A stretch of 64,000 bases of DNA, taken from contig NC_135810.1 of NCBI RefSeq assembly GCF_964213995.1, positions 118,916,001 through 118,980,000 of the forward strand, read 5' to 3'. The notes below the pieces were generated by a model that saw only the letters and a list, made by a program, of their open reading frames with translations, was not told the origin of the DNA and ran no database searches. A program made the translations under genes and the position numbers. Each line of letters starts with the position of its first letter. Positions within the stretch are counted from its first letter, which is position 1. The DNA is from Mustelus asterias. Its lineage: Eukaryota. Positions 10,853 to 22,297 of the stretch are shown here, piece by piece.

Positions 10853-11164
10853 GGGCGGCATGGTGGCACAGTGGTTAGCACTGCTGCCTCACAGCGCCAG
10901 GGACCCAGGTTCGATTTCCGGCTCGGGTCACTGTCTGTGCGGAATTTGCACGTTCTCCCCATGTCTGGGTGGGTTTCCTCCGGACGCTCCGGTTTCCTCC
11001 CACAGTCTGAAAGACGTGCTGGTTAAGCGTATTGGCCGTGCTAAATTCTCCCTCAGTGTCCCCAAATAGGTGCTGGAATGTGGCGACTTGGGGATTTTCA
11101 CAGTCACTTCATTGCAGTGTTAATGTAAGCCTACTTGTGACAATAATAAATAAACTTAAAACTT
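10853..11164 (+). mobile_element. HE1-type V-SINE, variant with TTTTCACAGT...GTGACA.TAATAAATAAACTT tail
   Basis: Same head and V-domain as HE1 but a different 3' part. Copies at about 10067-10345(+), 11441-11763(-), 14525-14822(-), 16415-16735(-), 21836-22146(+), 43423-43585(-), 52700-52967(-) and 58450-58700(+). Confidence 0.85.
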
Positions 11165-11196
11165 GATGGAAGAGAAGTTGGCAGATGGGATGTTAC

Positions 11197-11771
11197 TGTG
11201 ATAACCCCCATGATCTGCATAGAGAATCATTAATTGACCTCCCAGTTGGGCTTGTTGAATACGAGCTCCCAGAGGACTGGTAATTAGCCCACCAGGTGGA
11301 GTTCATATACAAAGCTCTATATAAAGCAAGACCCTGAGAGGTCCTTTAAGTCCCGGTTGGGACCTGTTGTGTTCACCACAGGATTATTGTTTATTTTAAT
11401 CCGTGCAATAAAACACGGTTCCTTCACAGCCAACTCCTGGAGTTTAAAGTTTAAAGTTTTTTAAGTTTATTTATCAGTCACAAGGAGGCTTACATTAACA
11501 CTGCGATGAAGTTACTTTGAAAATTCCCTAGTGCCACACTCCGGTGCCTGTTTGGGTACACTGAGGGAGAATTTAGCACGGCCAATGCAACTAACCAGCA
11601 TGTCTTTGGGCTGTGGGAGGAAACTGGAGCACCCGGAGGAAATCCATGCAGACACAGGAAGAATGTGAAGACTCCTCACAGACAGTGACTCAAACTGGGA
11701 ATCAAATCCAGGTCCCTGGCGCTGTGAGGCAGATGTGCTAACCATTGTGCCACCGTGCCACCCCTATTATA
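11197..11771 (+). mobile_element. Solo LTR interrupted by a SINE
   Basis: TGTGATA...TATTATA termini; 5-bp TSD GTTAC (11192-11196 and 11772-11776); internal TATATAAA and AATAAA; HE1 variant inserted at about 11441-11763. Confidence 0.6.
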
Positions 11772-13276
11772 GTTACCAACAGAGATCTTGATGAACTGCC
11801 TGGTCTATCAGATGGGATGGGTTTTTGGATTGATGGAACCAAGGTCTTAACAGTTCCACAATGTGACATATCAAAAAAAACCTCACGAGCATACCAAAAT
11901 ATTAAGTTGCAGGGGAAGGATTAAGGAAATTGAATCTGTTTCTTCTACAGCGGGGACCTCGGGGTAAACCAACTGAAGTTCCCACGGTTACATTAGATGT
12001 TTAAAACTCAATTCTCCAATATGATAGAGTGACACGGTGGCACAGTGGGATAAATGGTCTCCTTCTGAACTTGCCCCTTAGTGTCCCAAGATGCAAATGT
12101 TAGAGGGATTAGCAGGGTAAATGTGTGGGGTTACAGGGATAAGGGTTAGGTAGGGTTGTTGTCAGTGCAGACTCAATGGGCCAAATGGCCTCCTTCTGCA
12201 CTATAGGATTTCTATGATTCTGTGGTCAAAGACTCAAATACCAAATTAAAAAGGGGGAAGTTAAAAGGTGGAAATTCAAGGTGATTCACTCCAGCCAAAA
12301 TCAACACAATAGCGGATTTATGAGCTGAGGGCAGCTGGTGAAGCAGACTGGTTGAGGAGGTTAAGGGCAAAACACTGCAGATGTTGGAAATCTGCGATAA
12401 AGATAGGAAATGCTGGAAATACTCAGCACAGGTCTGTGGACAGAGAAAGAAGGTGAACGCCTCATCACTTATATAACAATTGAGGGGGATAGTCAGGAGG
12501 ATAGGGTTTTTAGCTCACCTCTGGGATGTAAACGTCACCGACAAGGCCTTATTACCCATCCCTAATTGCCCTTCAGAAGGTGGCGGTGAGCTCCCTTCTT
12601 GAACTGCTGCAGACCAGGAGGTGCAGGTACACCCACAGTGCTGTTAGGGAGGGATTTTGACTAGCAACAGTGAAGGAACGGCTGATATTTTTCCAAGTCA
12701 GGATGGTGAGTGGCTTGGAGGGAATCTTGCAGGTGGCGGTGTTCCCATAGAAATCATAGGATCCCTACAGTGCAGAAGAGGCCCATTCGGCCCATCGAGT
12801 CTGCACCAACTCTCTGACAGAGCATCTTACCCAGGCCCACCTCCCACCCTCTCCCCGTAACCCCACTAATTTACCCCACTAATCCCTCTTAACCTACACA
12901 TCTTTGGACATAATAAGGATGCAATTTAGCACGGCCAATCCACCTAACCTGCACATCTTTGGAGTGTGGGAGGAAACCGGAGCACCCGGAGGAAACCTAC
13001 GCAGACACAGGGAGAACGTGCAGACTCCGCACAAAATTACACTCCATTGCACCTGCTGTCCCATTCTTCTAGGTAGCTACCAAATAAACCTGTTGGACTT
13101 TAACCTGGTGTTGTTAAAACTCTTACTGTGTTTACCCCAGTCCAACGCCGGCATCTCCACATCATTCTTCTAGGACAGAAACATGGGTTTGGAAGGGTTG
13201 TCTATTGGAAAGGCAGGCTTTTGGGGCCTAATGCCATTTTCTGCTGCTGCTAAAATGTCTTACAATTTATTTTCAG

Positions 13277-13389
13277 AGCCAAATGCATGTGAGACATCGA
13301 AGGCCTCCCAACAGATATGGCACAACATTGGATTCTCAGTCATTTTAATCTATAGCCTCGCTGTCACTCTAACGACGGTGGTGCTCGGT
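13277..13389 (+). CDS. CD28/CTLA-4-family receptor, stalk plus transmembrane exon
   Basis: Acceptor ttattttcag| (phase 1, in frame with the V exon) and donor GGT|gtgagt (phase 0). Encodes EPNACETSKASQQIWHNIGFSVILIYSLAVTLTTVVLG, with a stalk Cys and a YxxxxT motif (CD28 YSLLVT, CTLA-4 YSFLLT). Confidence 0.88.
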
Positions 13390-13452
13390 GTGAGTAATTT
13401 AAAACAAATTATTATTGCAATTGTTCATAGTGTGGTCAAGCATTCATGGGTT

Positions 13453-14421
13453 GCTATCAGGGGAAGTCTCACAACACCAGGTTAAAGTCCAACAGGTTTA
13501 TTTGGTAGCATGAGCTTTCGGAGCACTGCCCCTTCATCAGGTGAGTGAGCCACAGCAATGTAAAGTCATAGAGATTTACAGCATGGAAACAGGCCCTTCG
13601 GCCCAACTTGTCCATGCCACCCTTTTTTTTTAAACCCCTAAGCTAATCCTAATTGCCCGCATTTGGCCCATATCCCTCTATTCCCATCTTACTCATGTAA
13701 CTATCTAAATGCTTTTTAAAAGACAAAATTGTACCCATCTCTACTACTACTTCTGGCAGCTTGTTCCAGACACTCACCACCCTCTGTGTGAAAAAATTGC
13801 CCCTCTGGACCCTTTTGTATCTCTCCCCTCTCACCTTAAACCTATGCACTCTAGTTTTACACTCCCCTACCTTTGGGAAAAGATATTAACTTTCTAGCTG
13901 ATCTGTGCCCCTCATTATTTTATAGACCTCTTTAAGATCACCCCTCAGCCCCCTATGCTCCAGAGAAAGAAGTCCCAGTCCCAGTCCCAACTACAGCAAT
14001 GTGGTTGACTCTCAACTGCCCTCAGGCAACTAGGGATGGGCAATAAATGTAAGCCAGCCAGCGATGCACATGTCCCACAAATGAATACAATAATACAGAT
14101 AATCTGGTCATTGTCACATTGTTGTTTTTGGGAACTTGCTGTGTGCAAATTGACTGCTGCGTTTCCTATACTCCCGAAAGATGTGCTGGTTAGGTGCATT
14201 GGCCATGCTAAATTCTCCCGTAGTGTACCCGAACAGGCGCCGGAGTGTGGTGACTGGGGGATTTTCACAATAACTTCATTGACTCACTTGATGAGGGAGC
14301 AGTGCTCCGAAAGCTCATGCTACCAAATAAACCTGTTGGACTTTAACTTGGTGTTGTGAGACTTCTTACTGTGCCCACCCCAGTCCAACACCGACATCTC
14401 CACATCATGGCTATCAGGGGA
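13453..14421. mobile_element. Composite insertion bounded by inverted Penelope-like termini
   Basis: Direct repeat GCTATCAGGGGA at 13453-13464 and 14410-14421; inverted termini at about 13465-13546 and 14282-14409; the interior copies 16106-16401 and contains a later CR1 fragment (13562-13992, TSD ACAGCAATGT). Confidence 0.7.
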
Positions 14422-15103
14422 TATAGTCGACATGGGTCAATGCCCATAATAGGATTCACAGCACAGTAACAGCCCGTTTAGCTGTTAGTGGTTCACTGGG
14501 TAGCATTCTTACCTTTGAATCACAAAGTTTAAAGTTTATTGATTAGTGTCACAAGTAGGCTTACATTAACACTGCAATGAAGTTACTGTGAGAATTCCCC
14601 AGAGGCCACACTCCGGTACTCGGGTACACTGAGGGAGAATTTAGCATGACCAATGCACCTAACCAGCATGTCTTTCGGACTGTGGGAGGAAACCGGAGCA
14701 CCCGGAGGAAACCCACACAGACACGGAGAAACGTGTAGACTCGGCACAGACAGTGACCCAAACCGGGAATCGAACCTGGGTCCCTGGCACTGCGAGGCAG
14801 CAGTGCTAGCCACTGTACCGCCTACAAGGCTCTCGGTTTAAGTCCCATCCGAGGGCCTGAGCACAAAAATCACGGATGACCCTCCAGTTGAGTACCAAGC
14901 GAGTGCTACACTGTTGGAGGAGCTGTCTTTTCATCAAGGAGTTAAACTGAGGGCCCAACCTGCCTACTCGGGTGGATGATCCCGTGAAACCATTTTGAAG
15001 GAGATCAGGGGAGTTCTCCCTTGGGCCCTGCCCAATACTTATCCCTCAATCAACATCACATGGGGGGGGTAATGGCCCAGACATTAATCCAGAAACTCAG
15101 CTA

Positions 15104-15908
15104 ATAAGACCATCAGATATAGGAGCAGAATTAGGCCATTCGGCCCATCGAGTCTGCTCCGCCATCCAACCATGGCTGATATGATTCTCCTGCCTTCTCC
15201 TCGTAACCCTTGATCCCTTTATTGATCAAGAACCTATCTATCTCTGTCTTAAAGGCACCCAATGACCTGGCTTCCACAGCCTTCTGTGGCAATGAGTGCC
15301 ACAGATTCACCACCCTCTGGCTGAAGAAATACCTCCTCATCTCAGTTTTAAAGGAGCGTCCCTTCACTCTGGGGTTGTGCCCTCGAGTTCTAATCTTTCC
15401 CACTAGTAGAAACATCTTCTCCAAATCCATTCTATCTCGGCCTCTCAGTATTCTGTAAGTTTCAATTAGATACCCCCTCATCCTTCTAAACTCCATCGAG
15501 TACAGACCCAGAGTCCTCAACCGTTCCTCATACGACAAGCTCTTCATTCCTGGGATCATTCTTGTGAACCTCCTCTGGACCCCCTCCAAGGCCAGCACAT
15601 CCTTCCCTAGGTATGGGGCCCAAAACTGCTCACAATACTCCAAATGGGGTCTGACCAGAGCCTTATACTGCCTCAGCAGCACATCGCTGCTCTTGTATTC
15701 TAGCCCTCTAGAAATGAATGCTAACATTGAATTTGGCCTCCTAACTGCCAGCTGAACCTGCATGTTAACCTTAAGAGAGTTCTGAACAGGACTCCCAAGT
15801 CCCTTTGTGCTTCAGATTTCCGAAGCCTTTCCCCATTTAGAAAATAGTCCCCATCTCTATTCTTCATACCAAAGTGCATAACCTCACACTTTCCCACATT
15901 GTATTCCA
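15104..15908 (-). mobile_element. CR1 LINE 3' fragment nested in a family-B SINE
   Basis: ORFs 15131-15763 and 15721-15966 encode a frameshifted CR1 RT C-terminus; host SINE sequence resumes on both sides. Confidence 0.85.
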
Positions 15909-17026
15909 TGGTTCTGGGGAACTGGGTTCGAATCCCGCCACGGCAGATGGTGGAATTTGAATTCAATAAAAAATATCTGAAGTTAAGAATCTACTGATGA
16001 CCATGAAACCATTGTCGATTGCCGGAAAAACCCATCTGGTTCACTAATGTCCTTGAGGGAAGGAATTCTGCTGTCCTTACCCGGTCTGGCCTACATGTGA
16101 CTCCAGAGCCACAGCAATGTGGTTGACACTCAACTGCCCTCAGGCAACTAGGGATGGGCAATAAATGCTGGCCAGCCAGCGACGTTCATGTCCCACGAAT
16201 GAATACAATAAAACAGATAATCTGGTCATTGTCGCATTGCTGTTTTTGGGATCTCGCTGTGCGCAAATTGACTGCTGCATTTGCTATTCTCCCGAAAGAC
16301 GTGCTGGTTAGGGTGCATTGGCCGTGCTAAATATCTCCCTCAGTGTACCTGAACAGGGGCCGGAGTCTGGCGACTGGGGGATTTTCACAGTAGCTTCATT
16401 GCAGTGTTAAAAAGTTTATAAAGTTTAAAGTTTATTTATTAGTGTCACAAGTAGGCTTACATTAACACTGCAATGAAGTTACTGTGAAAATCCCCTCGTT
16501 ACCACATTCTGGCGCCTGTTCAGGTACACTGAGGGAGAATTTAGCACGGCTAACGCACCTCTAACCAGCACGTCTTTCGGACTGTGGGAGGAAACCGGAG
16601 CACCCGGAGGAAACCCACGCAGACACGGGGAGAACGTGCAGACTCCGCACAGACAGTGACCCAAGCCGGGAATCAAACCCAGGTCCCTGGCACTGTGAGG
16701 CAGCAGTGCTAACCACTGTGCCACCGTGCCGCCCTTTATTTGACCCTTAATGGTGTTTGATCACCACATGTAATGTAAGCCCACTTGTGACGCTAAGAAA
16801 TAAACTTAAACTAAAAATTTGGATGGGCCAAATGGCCTCCTTCTGCACTGTAGGGATTCTATGATTCGAAGTATTTATTCAATTCTCTTTTGAAAGTTAC
16901 CATTCTACCTGCTTCCAGCATGTTCTCTGGCAGCTCATTCCAAGTCGCTGCATTAAAATATCATCTCACCTCTAATTCTTTAGCCAATTAATCTGACTCA
17001 TTAGATTTCTCTCTGTCATTGCCCAG

Positions 17027-17042
17027 AGCCTGTGTAGCCTAG
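17027..17042 (+). CDS. Candidate 16-nt micro-exon of the CD28-family gene (SLCSL)
   Basis: Acceptor tttctctctgtcattgcccag| and donor AG|gtaagt; phase 0 to 1, compatible with the TM exon donor. Confidence 0.4.
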
Positions 17043-17234
17043 GTAAGTGATGGGAAAAGAAACGAATCGAAAAATCCTCGCCATGCGCCCTCACAGCCCA
17101 CACAACACACTTTTTTTTGCAATGCAAAATACTCTTCAAGGAAAGAGAAAGCTAATCATTTCACCAGATTTCTGCCCTGAAGCCTTTCATTTACTAGTTC
17201 CTGTCCTCACATTGACCTCAGAGCTTGCCCACAG

Positions 17235-17321
17235 CTAAACTTTGCCCAGATCTGCTGCTATTGACCACTTCCGCATCGAGAGAGAGCGGCCAGAGGAATA
17301 GTCTTAAAGAGACGGGCAAAG
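17235..17321 (+). CDS. Candidate 87-nt cytoplasmic exon of the CD28-family gene
   Basis: Acceptor ttgcccacag| and donor AAG|gtaagt; open in phase 1-1 (AKLCPDLLLLTTSASRESGQRNSLKETGK); non-repetitive sequence. Confidence 0.4.
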
Positions 17322-18177
17322 GTAAGTGCTAAAGATCTGAACTCCCCTGTAGACATTAGACTGTTCAAGAGCAATGCCACGCAAGATCTTTGGTATACGT
17401 AAAATACAGTGCGTGAAAGTGAGTGCAACAAATGGTATATATAAAATACACAAGGCTCTATTCTTATAGAAATTGAAAGATGCGTAGCTGAAATTAACTT
17501 TGCAATTAAAACAGATGTGACATTGCCTTTCTCACTATTTTAAGTTGATTTTTATAAAAATGTGTTAATGCCTCCTCTCAATTAACGGACAGAGAAACAT
17601 CATAAGAACATATCAAGCCTTTTAGACAGAAGGAGGCCATTCAGTCCATCAAGTCTGTACCCACCGCAATCCCACCCAGGCTCTTTTCCTGTATCCCTAA
17701 TTTACCCTGATAATCCCCCTGACACTAAGGGTCAATTTAGCCTGGCCAATCCACCTAACCTACACATCTTTGGACTGCGGGAGGAAACCAGAGCACCCAG
17801 AGGAAACCCACGCAAACATGGGGAGAACGTGCAAACTCCACACAGACAGTGACCCAAGGCCGGAATCAAACCCGGGGTCCCAGGTGCTGTGAGGCAGCAG
17901 TGCTAACCTGCTAACCACTGTGCCACTGTGCCGCTCTGCAGTGCACAGAGTGTGCGAGATTCTTCTTGAAACTGCCGCTGAAAAAAACAGCAAGATTTAC
18001 TCCAGTTTTTACCCGAATTTGAGACTTAGAATTCTTTTGGGAGAATCGCTCCCAATATCTTTAATGTCTAGAAATGTATCGATCTCTATCTTGGAGATAC
18101 TAATGACTGGGTTTCCACAGCCCTGTGGATTGAGCATTCCAAACATTCACCACCCTCTGACTGAAGAAATTCCACAT

Positions 18178-19379
18178 CTTGAGAAGGTGACCAAAGAGGT
18201 GGATGAGGGTAAAGCAGTTGATGTGGTGTATATGGATTTCAGTAAAGTGTTTGATAAGGTTCCCCACGGTAAGCTATTGCAGAAAATACGGAGGCATGGG
18301 ATTGAGGGTGATTTAGCGGTTTGGATCAGAAATTGGCCAGCTGTAAGAAGGCAGAGGGTGGTGGTTGATGGGAAATGTTCATCCTGGAGTTCAGTTACGA
18401 GTGGTGTACTGCAAGGATCTGTTTTGGGGCCACTGCTGTTTGTCATTTTTATAAATGACCTGGATGAGGGCGTAGAAGGCTGTGTTAGTAAATTTGCGGA
18501 TGACACTAAAGTCGGTGGAGTTGTGGACAGTGAGGAAGGATGTTGCAGGTTACAGAGGGACATAGATAAGCTGCAGAGCTGGGCTGAGAGGTGGAAAATG
18601 GAGTTTAAGGTGGAAAAATGTGAGGTGATTCACTTTGGAAGGAGTAGCAAGAATACAGAGTACTGGGCTAATGGTAAGATACTTGGCAGTGTGGATGAGC
18701 AGAGAGATCTCGGTGTCCATGTGCATAGATCCCTGAAAGTTGGCACCAAGGTTGATAGGGTTGTTAAGAAGGCGTACAGTGTGTTAGCTTTTATTGGTAG
18801 AGGGATTGAGTTTCGGAGCCATGATGTCATGTTGCAGCTGTACAAAACTCTGGTGCGGCCCCACTTGGAGTATTGCGTACAGTTCTGGTCGCCGCATTAT
18901 AGGAAGGATGTGGAAGCATTGGAAAGGGTGCAGAGGAGATTTACCAGGATGTTGCCTGGTATGGTGGGAAGGTCTTATGAGGAAAGGCTGAGTGACTTGA
19001 GGCTGTTTTCGTCAGAGAGAAGAAGGTTAAGAGGTGACTTAATAGAGGCATACAAGATGATCAGAGGATTAGATAGGGTGGACAGTGAGAGCCTTTTTCC
19101 TCGGATGGTGATGGCTAGCACGAGGGGACATAGCTTTAAATTGAGGGGTGATAGATATAGGACAGATGTCAGAGGTAGGTTCTTTACTCAGAGAGTAGTA
19201 AGGGCGTGGAATGCCCTGCCTGCAGCAGTAGTGGACTCGTCAACATTAAGGACATTTAAAGGGTCATTGGATAAACATATGGATGATATTGGAATAGTGT
19301 AGGTTAGATGGGCTTTAGATTGGTTTCACAGGTCGGCGCAACATTGAGGGCCGAAGGGCCTGTACTGCGCTGTAATGTT
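18178..19379 (+). mobile_element. 5'-truncated CR1 LINE (RT domain); tail remainder at 21616-21636
   Basis: ORF 17920-19302 from EKVTKEVDEG onward contains DFSKVFDKV, QGSVLGP and FADD. A shorter copy of the same subfamily lies at about 50240-50735. Confidence 0.92.
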
Positions 19380-21615
19380 ACATAGAACATAGAACATAGA
19401 ACAGTACAGCACAGAACAGGCCCTTCGGCCCACGATGTTGTGCCGAGCTTTATCTGAAACCAAGATCAAGCTATCCCACTCCCTATCATCCTGGTGTGCT
19501 CCATGTGCCTATCCAATAACCGCTTAAATGTTCCTAAAGTGTCTGACTCCACTATCACTGCAGGCAGTCCATTCCACACCCCAACCACTCTCTGCGTGAA
19601 GAACCTACCTCTGATATCCGTCCTGTATCTCCCACCACGAACCCTATAGTTATGCCCCCTTGTAACAGCTCCATCCACCCGAGGAAATAGTCTTTGAACG
19701 TTCACTCTATCTATCCCCTTCATCATTTTATACACCTCTATTAAGTCTCCCCTCAGCCTCCTCCGCTCCAGAGAGAACAGCCCTAGCTCCCTCAACCTTT
19801 CCTCATATGACCTACCCTCCAAACCAGGCAGCATCCTGGTAAATCTCCTCTGCACTCTTTCCAGCGCTTCCACATCCTTCTTATAGTGAGGTGACCAGAA
19901 CTGCACACAATATTCCAAATGTGGTCTCACCAAGGTCCTGTACAGTTGCAGCATAACCCCACGGCTCTTAAACTCCAACCCCCTGTTAATAAAAGCTAAC
20001 ACACTATAGGCCTTCTTCACAGCTCTATCCACTTGAGTGGCAACCTTTAGAGATCTGTGGATATGGACCCCAAGATCTCTCTGTTCCTCCACAGTCTTCA
20101 GAACCCTACCTTTGACCCTGTAATCCACATTTAAATTTGTCCTACCAAAATGAATCACCTCACATTTAACAGGGTTAAACTCCATTTGCCATTTTTCAGC
20201 CCAGCTTTGCATCCTATCTATGTCTCTTTGCAGCCTACAACAGCCCTCCACCTCATCCACTACTCCACCAATCTTGGTGTCATCAGCAAATTTACTGATC
20301 CACCCTTCAGCCCCCTCCTCTAAGTCATTAATAAAAATCACAAAGAGCAGAGGACCAAGCACTGATCCCTGCGGCACACCGCTAGCAACCTGCCTCCAAT
20401 CCGAAAATTTTCCATCGACCACCACCCTCTGTCTTCGGTCAGACAGCCAGTTACCTATCCAATCGGCCAACTTTCCGTCTATCCCACACCTCCTCACTTT
20501 CATCATAAGCCGACCATGGGGGACCTTATCAAACGCCTTACTAAAATCCATGTATATGACATCAACTGCCCTACCTTCATCAACACACTTAGTTACCTCC
20601 TCAAAAAATTCTATCAAATTTGTGAGGCACGACTTGCCCTTCACGAATCCGTGCTGACTATCTCGGATTAATCCGCATCTTTCTAAATGGTCGTAAATCC
20701 CATCCCTAAGGACCCTTTCCATCAATTTACCAACCACCGAAGTAAGACTAACCGGTCTATAATTACCAGGGTCATTTCTATTCCCTTTCTTAAACAGAGG
20801 AACAACATTCGCCATTCTCCAGTCCTCTGGCACCATCCCCGTGGACAGCGAGGACCCAAAGATCAACGCCAAAGGCTCTGCAATCTCTGCAATCCCTTGC
20901 CTCCCACAGAATCCTAGGATACATTTCATCAGGCCCAGGGGACTTATCGACCTTCAGTTTATTCAAAACTGCCAAGACATCCTCCCTCCGAACATCTATT
21001 TCCTCCAGCCTATTAGCCTGTAACACCTTCTCTTCCTCAAAAACATGGCCCCTCTCCTTGGTGAACACTGAAGAAAAGTATTCATTCATCACCTCGCCTA
21101 TCTCTACTGCCTCCATACACAAGTTCCCACTACTGTCCTTGACCGGCCCTAACCTCACCCTGGTCATTCTTTTATTCCTCACATAAGAGTAAAAAGCCTT
21201 GGGGTTTTCCTTGATCCGACCCGCCAAGGACTTCTCATGTCCCCTCCTAGCTCTCCTAAGCCCCTTTTTCAGCTCATTCCTTGCTAACTTGTAACCCTCA
21301 ATCGAGCCATCTGAACCTTGTTTCCTCATCCCTACATAAGCTTCCCTCTTCCTTTTCACAAGACATTCCACCTCTTTCGTGAACCATGGTTCCCTCACTC
21401 GGCCATTTCCTCCCTGCCTGACAGGAACATACCTATCAAGGACATCCAGTATTTGTTCCTTGAAAAAGTTCCACTTTTCATTAGTTCCTTTCTCTGACAG
21501 TTTCTGTTCCCAACTTATGCCCCCTAACTCTTGCCTAATCGCATCATAATTACCCCTCCCCCAATTGTAAACCTTGCCCTGCCGTACGGCCCTATCCCTC
21601 TCCATTGCAATAACA
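19380..21615 (-). mobile_element. 5'-truncated CR1 LINE with one frameshift
   Basis: ORFs 20790-21656 and 19466-20929 form one ORF2 broken near 20880-20895; (TTCTATG)n tail; TSD AATGTT (19374-19379 and 21616-21621). Confidence 0.92.
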
Positions 21616-22177
21616 AATGTTCTATGTTCTATGTTCAGTCCTAAATGGTCTGCCACTTATTCTAGACTTCCTCCCCACCCCTCACCCCTAACCCAGCCAA
21701 GGGAAACATCCTCCCCTCAGCTACCCTGTCCAGCCTGTAAGAACTTTGTATGTCTCAATGAGATCACCTCTCATTCTTCTAAACTCTAGAGAGTAAAGGC
21801 CTGGCCTCCTCAATCTCTGCTCATAGGATCAGACTGGGCAGCACAGTGGCACAGTGGTTAGCACTACTGCCTCACAGCGCCAGAGACCCGGGTTTGACTC
21901 CTGCCTTGGGTTACCGTCTGTGTGGAGTCTGTACGTTCTCCCTGTATGTGCGTGGGTTTCCTCCGGGTGCTCCGGTTTCCTCCCACAGTCTGAAAGACGT
22001 GCTGGTTAAGGTGCATTGGCCGTGCTAAATTCTCCCTCAGTGTACCCGAACAGGCGCTGGAGTGTGGCGACTGGGGGATTTTCACAGTAACTTCATTGCA
22101 GTGTTAATGTAAGCCTAATTGTGACACTAATAAATAAACTTTAACTTTGGTGACCCTTCACTGCCCTCCCTCTACAG

Positions 22178-22188
22178 CAAGTCATGCC
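22178..22188 (+). CDS. Candidate 11-nt micro-exon of the CD28-family gene (ASHA)
   Basis: Strong acceptor ccttcactgccctccctctacag| and weak donor GCC|gtaaat; phase 1 to 0, linking exon 17235-17321 to 22298. Confidence 0.25.
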
Positions 22189-22297
22189 GTAAATATGTGT
22201 ATATTTTGTTTGATGTTCTTATGCTGGATAAGGCAGCGAGAAGTCAGGGGTCTGATATTCAGCACTGTACTGACACTGCAACTGAAATTCATTCCAG

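Noticed and set aside
10412-10900. Rearranging Ig/TCR V segment with recombination signal
   Set aside because: V and J-like strands are in one exon followed by a splice donor. The nearby CACAGTG is part of the HE1 SINE head and has no nonamer at 12 or 23 spacing.
17920-18177. N-terminal extension of the 460-aa ORF as a host-RT fusion protein
   Set aside because: The extension runs through a SINE end and an antisense CR1 relic from a GTG start; it is incidental read-through into a truncated LINE.
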